Source: Bradyrhizobium diazoefficiens (lineage in GTDB: Bacteria > Pseudomonadota > Alphaproteobacteria > Rhizobiales > Xanthobacteraceae). From it: a stretch of 32,000 nucleotides of DNA. Positions within the stretch are counted from its first letter, which is position 1; each line of letters opens with the position of its first letter. The position numbers were made by a program, and so were the translations under genes. The stretch lies in assembly GCA_018129965.1 (NCBI GenBank), contig JAFCKW010000005.1; one strand, written 5' to 3'. This document shows positions 9,074-16,291 of the stretch, in pieces. The notes below the pieces were generated by a model. The model ran no database searches and had not been told where the DNA came from. It saw only the letters and a program-made list of their open reading frames with translations.

Positions 9074-10329
9074 GCAAGATATTGAAAAAGGCGACGTTGC
9101 TCGTTTTGGCCGCGACGACATTGCTATTTTCCCTTATGGATCAGGCCGCATTCGCGCACGGCGAGCGGGCGACCGAGCCTTACATCAGAACGCGCACTGT
9201 GCATTGGTATGACGTCACTTGGTCAACCGATGCGCTTAACGTCAACGACACAGTAACCGTCCAGGGCAAGTTTCACTTATTGAACGATTGGCCGGATTCG
9301 GTGAGTCTGCCCAATCTGGTGTTCCTTTCCAACGGCTCGCCCGGCGCCGTCATGACCCGCGTAGAATCGTACATCAACGAAATTCCCGCACGGCAGTCCA
9401 CCAAGGGTTTGATCATCGGACGGGATTATGACTTCAAACTCGTTATGAAGGCGCGTAAGGTGGGACAGTGGCACCTTCATCCGGTCATGAACATCCATGG
9501 GGCCGGGGCGGTCGTTGGGCCGGGAGAATGGATAACTGTCAGCGGCAACGAAGCGGATTTCAAGGATCCGCTCACGACCTTGACTGGAAACAAGATCGAC
9601 GATCTGCAAACGTTTGGCGTTTCACGCGTGCAGATGTGGCAGTTTGGGTTCGGGCTGATTGCCGCGGTGTGGATCCTATGGTGGCTGCGCAGGCCCCTCA
9701 TCATTTCGCGCTGGCTCGTGGTCCAGAAGGGGCGAGAGAACCTTCTCATCACTCCAATGGACGACAAGGTTGCGGCGGGGCTGCTGGTCCTCTTGGCGAT
9801 GGTGGTGCTGGTCGGATACACCAGAACGACGTCCGAGTTTCCGGAACTGGTTCCGCTTCAATCGGGGTCTCTCTCCGCGCCGCCACTGCCCAAGCCGCCC
9901 CACGCGGTTGAAGTCAAGTTCAAGAGGGCCGAGTACGACGTTCCCGGTCGGTCCATGCGCTTGAGCGTAGAGATGACCAATACGTCCGATCAACCCGTGA
10001 GCGTTGGCGAGTTCACCACCGCTAACCTGCGTTTCATAAATAAGAGTCTTCCTGCGGCGGTGGCGGCAGTCAGTTCGAAATTTCCGAAGGAGCTGGTCCC
10101 CCGGAACGGCCTTGTCATCGACAATCCGGAGCCGCTTGCACCTGGTGAAAGCCGTCTGGTGAACCTGGATACAACGGATGCGGCATGGGAAGTAGAACGT
10201 CTGGTGAGCTTTCTTTCTAACGTTGACAGTAGAATGGGCGGATTGCTGTTTTTCTATGACGGGAAAGGCAACCGCTCCATGAGCGAAGTATACGGGCCCA
10301 TTGTTCCAGTCTTCAAAAAGACGATCTGA
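9070..10329 (+). CDS. pmoB: Copper membrane monooxygenase subunit B (PmoB/AmoB family), divergent
   Basis: The signal peptide ends AAFA|HGE, so the mature N-terminus is His30. HGERATEPYIRTRTVHWYD...GKFHLL and GQWHLHPVMNIHGAGAVVGPGEW align with PmoB copper-ligand blocks. Two central TM helices are followed by a C-terminal beta-rich domain. ATGA overlap with the subunit A stop. Confidence 0.9.
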   Translation: MSKILKKATLLVLAATTLLFSLMDQAAFAHGERATEPYIRTRTVHWYDVTWSTDALNVNDTVTVQGKFHLLNDWPDSVSLPNLVFLSNGSPGAVMTRVESYINEIPARQSTKGLIIGRDYDFKLVMKARKVGQWHLHPVMNIHGAGAVVGPGEWITVSGNEADFKDPLTTLTGNKIDDLQTFGVSRVQMWQFGFGLIAAVWILWWLRRPLIISRWLVVQKGRENLLITPMDDKVAAGLLVLLAMVVLVGYTRTTSEFPELVPLQSGSLSAPPLPKPPHAVEVKFKRAEYDVPGRSMRLSVEMTNTSDQPVSVGEFTTANLRFINKSLPAAVAAVSSKFPKELVPRNGLVIDNPEPLAPGESRLVNLDTTDAAWEVERLVSFLSNVDSRMGGLLFFYDGKGNRSMSEVYGPIVPVFKKTI

Positions 10330-10358
10330 AGCCAGGTTTAATAGGACGAAGCTGCGCG

Positions 10359-10967
10359 ATGGTCGATAAGCTCACGATCAGGAGGTACTCCAGATCGGCA
10401 TTGCGCGGCCTTTCGTTTGCAGTGCCTCTGCTGGTTTTGTCGTCCCAGCCGGCCTCTTCCCACGGTGGCGTCAGTATGGAAAATGACGTGTGTAGGCTCC
10501 GATTGGGAGCATACATCATGCACTTTACCGGGTACCAGCCGCAAGCAACCGGCAGCAGGGAGTTCTGCGAAGACATTCCGGAGACCGGCAAAACCGTGGT
10601 GGTGCTGGACGCGGTTGATGAGGCTCTGCGCGACATCCCGATCGAGGTGCGAATCGTGCGGGATACGGGAGACAACAGCAATTTGGAGACCATCACCGTT
10701 GTGCACCTGCAGCCCAAAGTTTACCCCTCTGGCAGCATTGCCTTGGAATATACGTTCGACAAGGCTGGAAAATTTATCGGACTGGTTACCGCGGGCGCAA
10801 AGGGCGAATACGTCTCACGGTTTCCCTTCAGTGTGGCTTCTGGAAAGTCGTTCTACGAGAAATACCTGCTTTTCATCGTAGTTCCATTGGTAGGATTTGC
10901 CTTATATCGTTATTCGGCACGTGTCAGAAAGAAATTGGACACCCGCCTAAGTATACCACCAAACTAG
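10359..10967 (+). CDS. Secreted, C-terminally membrane-anchored beta-rich protein of unknown function (PmoD/AmoD-like architecture; possible copper protein)
   Basis: Lies 29 nt after the subunit B gene on the same strand. The signal peptide ends PASS|HGG, giving His35 as the predicted mature N-terminus. Has Cys45-x8-Met54-His55 plus Cys70. About 125 aa with alternating beta-strand-like pattern. One C-terminal TM helix (YLLFIVVPLVGFALY) is followed by a basic tail (RVRKK). Confidence 0.6.
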   Translation: MVDKLTIRRYSRSALRGLSFAVPLLVLSSQPASSHGGVSMENDVCRLRLGAYIMHFTGYQPQATGSREFCEDIPETGKTVVVLDAVDEALRDIPIEVRIVRDTGDNSNLETITVVHLQPKVYPSGSIALEYTFDKAGKFIGLVTAGAKGEYVSRFPFSVASGKSFYEKYLLFIVVPLVGFALYRYSARVRKKLDTRLSIPPN

Positions 10968-11065
10968 CTGGGATAAGGCCGGTGATTGTTTGGCCAGGAG
11001 GGGGAACGGGCCTTGCCGCCAAGCTCGCTAGGAGAGCTAGCGCGACCGGCGAGGCGAAGCTGAGG

Positions 11066-12001
11066 ATGCGCGTTGTAATTGCGCTTGTGGTGGCATCGTG
11101 TTCTGGATGCTCCGGATCATCGGAGCCGCCGGAGGGGACTTCGGTCGTCAGCTTCGACTATGCGCACGCTGTGCGCCGCGGCTCCTGTTCCCCCGGCAGC
11201 AAGCCGGCCGGAGCAGGTGCCACCGACGGCCTCACATCGCGCGATGGCTTTCATTATAACGTGAGGGCACCTGCAAACCTCGATCCGACCTATGCGCATC
11301 CGCTGCTCGTCGTCTATGCGCCGGCGGGCTATGATGCGAAACAGAGCGAATCCCTCACCCGCCTCACCACCGAGGCAACCCGCAGCGGCTTCGTCGTGGT
11401 TTATGTCGGTAGCCGTCCTCTATCGGTGAAGACGATAGAAAAACTTGCGCAGCTACCTAAAGAAGTTGCCGCCGTTTGGTGCGTCGATCCAAATCGAGTG
11501 TATGCGACCGGCCACTCCGATGGCGGAACGGTGTCCATTGCGCTCGCCGTTCTGGAAGAGACTACAGGCACCGTGTCGGCAATTGCTCCGAGCGCCGCGG
11601 GCTTCTCTCGGAAAGACCTCGAAGCCTTTCGATGCCCGAAGCCCATTCCGGTGATGGTCATGCACGGCAAGCAGGACACACATTTTCCGGGCTGGGGAAA
11701 GGAAGCCGCCCTGTGGTGGGCGCGCTGCAATGCCTGTAACATTAGAAGATTGCCTGTGTCGCAAGACAATGGGTGCCTCGCCTTCCAGGGTTGCGCGCCC
11801 AACGGGACCACGATTTACTGTGAGGGCGGCGGTTCTCATAAGGACTGGCCGCCGTTGCAAAACGAAATATTGCGATTTTTCGAATCCGTCAGCTCGCTGG
11901 GGATGCGGCAAGGAACTCTGCAAGCTGGCCAACTTTCGGAAGATATCCGGCGTCATGGTCTAACCATTCGTCTGCTGCACGAATCTCGCTGTTGCCTATG
12001 A
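11066..12001 (+). CDS. Lipoprotein alpha/beta-hydrolase, PHB-depolymerase/LpqC-type esterase family
   Basis: Lipobox VVASC directly after MRVVIAL. Nucleophile elbow GHSDGG, acid-residue block VMHGKQDTHFP and His block GGGSHKDWP. The ORF track starts at 10982, but ATG 11066 gives a sensible lipoprotein signal. Confidence 0.7.
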   Translation: MRVVIALVVASCSGCSGSSEPPEGTSVVSFDYAHAVRRGSCSPGSKPAGAGATDGLTSRDGFHYNVRAPANLDPTYAHPLLVVYAPAGYDAKQSESLTRLTTEATRSGFVVVYVGSRPLSVKTIEKLAQLPKEVAAVWCVDPNRVYATGHSDGGTVSIALAVLEETTGTVSAIAPSAAGFSRKDLEAFRCPKPIPVMVMHGKQDTHFPGWGKEAALWWARCNACNIRRLPVSQDNGCLAFQGCAPNGTTIYCEGGGSHKDWPPLQNEILRFFESVSSLGMRQGTLQAGQLSEDIRRHGLTIRLLHESRCCL

Positions 12002-12345
12002 TGCCGGTCCACGCGAATGGCGGTCATGATCCGGCACGGCGTTTGCGAAGCAGCGCTCACTTGGCCCGCAAGATTGAGTTGCCGACGGGCCGTATCTTTG
12101 ATGCACTGCATCATGTCTATACCGCTCGGACGCTCGGGGCGAAACCCGTGACCTTGAAGCTATTCTGGTCGAGCCGAGAGACGCAAGGCAGGCCCAGACA
12201 TTGCCCATTTCCAGCGCCGCGCGATGCGCTTAATTGTAATTGTTAGCCACAAATACCGTATTCAGAAGGGTAGCTGCATCGTTCATCTGCGATTTGCTCT
12301 GAGAGAACCCGTTAGAGGGTCGCGCGCCGAGTATGGGAGGACAGA

Positions 12346-12520
12346 ATGACAGAGCTTGTGCCGCCGGATCTGATCCCAAACTGGATCCCCGGCGAGAAGA
12401 TCGTGGACAGTTCTCACCTTGGCTGGAGCGGCCTAACGCTCAAAGGGTATCACTATCCTGACCAGGAAGCGAACATTCCCTTAATGCGCGACTACATGAT
12501 CGTTATCTATGAAGGCGCCG
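12346..12520 (+). pseudogene. N-terminal fragment of an AraC-family regulator (truncated)
   Basis: MTELVPPDLIPNWIPGEKIVDSSHLGWSGLTLKGYHYPDQEANIPLMRDYMIVIYEG resembles the cupin-type N-terminus of AraC regulators. The frame then runs into the antisense of the reductase remnant. No HTH domain is present. Confidence 0.4.
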
Positions 12521-13482
12521 CAGTCGGCGCCGGCGCCTTGAGGCCACAGAGGCTGCGCGCGGCGATCTGGGCCTGCGACGTGGCATTGTGGATCGTCTCG
12601 ATCCGGAAGCGCCCGCCAAGGTAGGGGTTATCCGCGGCGGTGCAATCGCCGATGGCATAGATCTTCGGGGCGGAACTGCGCATGTGGCTGTCCACGACGA
12701 TGCCGTTCGTGCAGGTCAGACCCACCTGACCGCCAGTCCGTGATTGGGCACCGCGCCGATCCCGACGATGACCAGATCCGCCGCAAACGCCTCGCCGCTG
12801 TCCAGGATGCAGGCGCTGACCCTGCCATCGCTGCCCGCGATCGAGCTCAGCCGGGTGTTGAGCCGGATATCCACACCCTCGGTTCGGAGCCGCTTTGTCA
12901 CAAGGTTGGAAGCAGAGGGCGTCGCGACCCGCGCCATGACGCGGCCGGCAGCCTCGATCACCGTGACCCGCTTGCCCTATTCGACAGCCGCCGACGCGAT
13001 CTCCAATCCGATCACCCCGCCGCCTAGAATGGGAAGCGAGGTGCAGCCGGCGAGCGCTTCCTTCAGGCCCCGCGCATCGGAAAGGCTGCGCAGATAGCAG
13101 ACGCCGTTCAGGCCGGCCCCCGCGCAGTGCGCTGGATCCGGTTGCCAGGATCAGCGCCTCATAGGGATACGCCCTGCCTCCCTGGTGACGACTCTGCTGC
13201 GGGCGCGGTCGATCTCGACAACCTTGGCGCCGGTCTCGAGCTGGATTCGGTTCTGTTCGAAGAACGGCTCCGGCTTCAGCCGGGTCGCCGCGCCCCGGTG
13301 GCAAGAAATGCCTTTGAAAGTGGTGGCCGCTGATAGGGCGCCACAGTTTCCGCGCTCAGCAGCGTGACTCGGCCTTCAAAGCTGTGTTGCCGCAGCCAGG
13401 ACGCGGCGTAGACGCCGGCGGTTCCAGCTCCGACGATGACGATACTCTCCTCCATTAGCGCATCCTTTTCTGTTCCGGCCAA
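12507..13482 (-). pseudogene. Rubredoxin/ferredoxin-NAD(P) reductase (AlkT-like FAD pyridine-nucleotide-disulfide oxidoreductase), pseudogene
   Basis: The pieces lie in order over three frames. They are IVIVGAGTAGVYAA...APYQRPPLSKAFL; YPYEALILATGS; GVCYLRSLSDARGLKEAL...ILGGGVIGLEIASAAVE-TAG-GKRVTVIEAAGRVMARV...DLVIVGIGAVPN; and GIVVDSHMRSSAPKIYAIGDC...RIETIHNATSQAQIAA. There are at least three frameshifts and one in-frame TAG. The C-terminal roughly 80 aa are missing. Confidence 0.85.
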
Positions 13483-13499
13483 AGTCCCGAAATACCCCG

Positions 13500-16103
13500 T
13501 CAGATCAGATTGCGACGCTCGGCCTCGCTGATGGCCTGCACGCGGTTGCGTGCTTTCAGGTCAGCGAAAATCTTGCGCATATGCCATTTCACCGTGTCTT
13601 CGCTGACCAGGAGCTGGTCGGCGATCCGCTTGTTCGAAAGTCCATCGCGGGCAAGTCGCAGGACGCTGATCTGCCGGACGGACAGCGTGGTAAGCTCGGG
13701 GGGGAGCGAGGGCCGCTCAGTCCTTGGCCTTGGCCTGGCGATCCCGTCGAAATCGAACGTGACAAAGGCATCGGCGGATGCCGGGGTCAGGGCCAGCAAC
13801 AGATCCCGCGTGTCTAGCCCAGTCCGATAGCATCCCAACTGCTTGATGAGTTCGAAGGCATTGACCGCCTTTCGTCGTGCGGGTGTCAGCGCTCCGGCGG
13901 CGGCATGGGCCGCGGCTTCGCACATCAGCGCGCGCACTTCCAATCGACCAGCGCCGATCGACCGGGCGATCTTGGCAGCCGCCTCGGCATTGCGGCGGGC
14001 GAGGCTGTGCTGCCGCTTGGGGATGGCTTCCATCGCGCGCAACAGCGATATTTGAGCACGCATGGGTCTTGCATGGGGCCCGGACAGGACCTCACCAGAG
14101 TCCCTCGGCAGCAGGTGGTCGACGTCGTGCGTACCGCTGAAGAGGGCCAGTTCGGCAAGTTCCAACTCGATCAGCACTCCCAGTCGCGGCAACGACCTTT
14201 CCGCCGCAAGCGCGCGTGCCCGTTCCAGCAACGCCGCGGCGCCCCTGATATTGCCCTTGGCCCGATGCCATGTCGCGATGACGCGGCTCACACCGTAGAA
14301 CACGTCGGTGACGCCGTAGTTGAAGATGAAGTCAAGCAAGCCGGCGATGGAATTCTCGTCGAAATCCAGCCGCCGTTGCTCGAACAGCGTCTCAAGTTCC
14401 AGAGCGATCAGCATCTTTGACGAAAAGGATGTACGTGTCACCTCAACATCGCTGTCATTGCGGGCGGTATCGATAAGCTGCAATGCGGCGCGCATGTCGC
14501 CCCGGGCGAGAGCCGCGTGGATCTCGGCCGCATAAAGCCAGCCAAAAGCATAGCGCTGGCGCGCGGCGCTGTTGACCGAATGGGCCATGATCAGGGCCTG
14601 CTTCAGTTCGTCAAACCGGTATTCACTGGCCAGCATGAAGGCCAGACAGGTGAGTGCCGCACCCTTACCGACGGAATTATCGTCGCCGAAGTTTTGGATC
14701 CAGTCGTTGCACAGCCGTTCGCTCAATTGCAGTTCGTCATGGGTAGCAGCACCAATCGCGCGGACCAGTTGCAGCCAGCCGCGGTCAGGATGCGCGCCGG
14801 ACGGCGTGCGCGGGGCGGGCAGATAGGCCAGCAGCTTTTCGGCTTTGTCGGCCTGCTGGCTGAAATACATGGTCCAGGCGTAGCTGAGGCAGATGATCGG
14901 ATGCTTGCGCAACTCGCGGGCTGGGAAACGGCCAAGCCATTCGCGCAACGCCTCGATCTCGCCCTGGCGCAGGGCGAGATCGAGCATGATGTCCTCGCTC
15001 AGTCCCAGCGCCCAGCGGTGGTCGCCCGCCCGCAGCGCAAGGTTTACCGCCCTCTGGAACTCGCGCCTCCGCCAGTGCCAGAAGGCCGCGCGTTTCAGGA
15101 CATAGGATTTTCGCTCGGCACTGCGCGCCAAAAACCGATGCTGAAGGTAGTCGCGTAGAACCGGGTGCAACGAGAATAGCGTCGGGCCGCTTTCGGCCGG
15201 GCGAAACAGCAAATGATCGAGGTTGATCTCCTCGATCAGCGCGGCGGCGTTGGTGGACTTGTAGGCGTAATTGTAGCTTTCCGCCGAAATCGGGTCGATC
15301 ATCGCTGCGTTTTCAACGAACTCAAGCTGCTGGCGCGACAGGCGCCTCTCGATCTCCTCGTGGAGGAAGGTTACCGTTTCAGGCCAGTTTGCCGCGGGCC
15401 GGACCGGCAATTCGGTCCGGCACATGATGTGGCAGAGCGCGGGCCAGCCCTGCGTCTCCGCGATCATCTGCTGCGCCGTTACGTTGGGGACCGGGTGCAC
15501 CTTCAAGAACGCTTCGGCATCATCCAAGGTAAAGGCCAGATCGCGGGCATAGACCTCCCGCACTCCGCTTTCGAGCCCAAGCCGGGCAAAACCGCGCCGG
15601 GTATCCCCGGCGATAGCGAATCGGACATTCGGCGGACTTTCCAGCGCGAAGGTTTCCAGTGCGTGCAGCAGAGCGGGTGCGTGTTCGATGTCGTCGATGC
15701 AGATTACCTTGGCCGGCCGCTCAGCGCCGAATTCTTCCCATAGCGTGGACACCAACTCGGCCAGATCCGCCGGGACCGCCCGGTTTTCGCGGGGCGCTGC
15801 GTCGAGCAGTTGGCTGCAGATGGCCTCTGCCAGCGCGCCTTCCGTTCCGCATCCGTCGCGCAAAGACACCCAGGCCGCGTTGTTTCCAGCCGCCCTGAAG
15901 GCCAACCAGTTCTGCGCCAGAACGACTGATTTTCCATAACCCTGCGTTGCGCGCAGGATCAGTGTCCGGAGCTCCGGTTGGCCTGAAAACGTAAATCTGG
16001 GCCGCGCGATACAGCCCTTGGCGATCGTCTCCAGACGCGCGGAAATGCGGGCGGCAAGCAGCCGTCCCGAATGTATCGGGTCGTCGCTGGTATCCATGGT
16101 CAT
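13500..16103 (-). CDS. AlkS-like LuxR/MalT-family (STAND ATPase + TPR-like + LuxR HTH) transcriptional activator
   Basis: 867 aa. N-terminal P-loop ATQGYGKS. Long helical-repeat middle region. C-terminal LuxR HTH LSVRQISVLRLARDGLSNKRIADQLLVSEDTVKWHMRKIFADLKARNRVQAI. Divergent from alkB and followed 17 nt later by the reductase remnant, as in the alkST arrangement. Confidence 0.85.
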   Translation of the reverse strand: MTMDTSDDPIHSGRLLAARISARLETIAKGCIARPRFTFSGQPELRTLILRATQGYGKSVVLAQNWLAFRAAGNNAAWVSLRDGCGTEGALAEAICSQLLDAAPRENRAVPADLAELVSTLWEEFGAERPAKVICIDDIEHAPALLHALETFALESPPNVRFAIAGDTRRGFARLGLESGVREVYARDLAFTLDDAEAFLKVHPVPNVTAQQMIAETQGWPALCHIMCRTELPVRPAANWPETVTFLHEEIERRLSRQQLEFVENAAMIDPISAESYNYAYKSTNAAALIEEINLDHLLFRPAESGPTLFSLHPVLRDYLQHRFLARSAERKSYVLKRAAFWHWRRREFQRAVNLALRAGDHRWALGLSEDIMLDLALRQGEIEALREWLGRFPARELRKHPIICLSYAWTMYFSQQADKAEKLLAYLPAPRTPSGAHPDRGWLQLVRAIGAATHDELQLSERLCNDWIQNFGDDNSVGKGAALTCLAFMLASEYRFDELKQALIMAHSVNSAARQRYAFGWLYAAEIHAALARGDMRAALQLIDTARNDSDVEVTRTSFSSKMLIALELETLFEQRRLDFDENSIAGLLDFIFNYGVTDVFYGVSRVIATWHRAKGNIRGAAALLERARALAAERSLPRLGVLIELELAELALFSGTHDVDHLLPRDSGEVLSGPHARPMRAQISLLRAMEAIPKRQHSLARRNAEAAAKIARSIGAGRLEVRALMCEAAAHAAAGALTPARRKAVNAFELIKQLGCYRTGLDTRDLLLALTPASADAFVTFDFDGIARPRPRTERPSLPPELTTLSVRQISVLRLARDGLSNKRIADQLLVSEDTVKWHMRKIFADLKARNRVQAISEAERRNLI

Positions 16104-16156
16104 CGACGTCTCAAAGCACGCACGAATGAGCGTAGGATACTTGTTTGGAACACAAG

Positions 16157-16176
16157 AACTACACCTAAGTGTAGTT
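16157..16176. promoter_or_regulatory. Perfect 8-4-8 inverted repeat in the divergent regulator/alkB promoter region (candidate operator)
   Basis: AACTACAC-ctaa-GTGTAGTT. Lies 54-73 nt upstream of the regulator start and 116-135 nt upstream of the alkB start. Confidence 0.45.
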
Positions 16177-16291
16177 GTGGATCCTGACGCAATGATCTCC
16201 GCTTGCTCGGTCGCCCGCTCGGGAACCGGGAAGGGCGTACTGGTGTCACCTGCCGCGCGATGAATGGTGGGGTCAAGGGAGGATATGCCGA

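Noticed and set aside
7351-10329. Calling the operon a particulate methane monooxygenase or an ammonia monooxygenase
   Set aside because: Family membership is clear, but substrate cannot be read from the sequence. The context (alkB, alcohol and aldehyde dehydrogenases; no methanol dehydrogenase, hydroxylamine oxidoreductase or C1-assimilation genes in view) argues against assuming methane or ammonia.
11992-12345. Small ORFs (84 aa plus strand, 70 aa minus strand) and a 13-bp palindrome GATGCA-c-TGCATC in the gap after the esterase gene
   Set aside because: No SD, no motifs, and composition typical of non-coding sequence. The palindrome is short enough to be chance.
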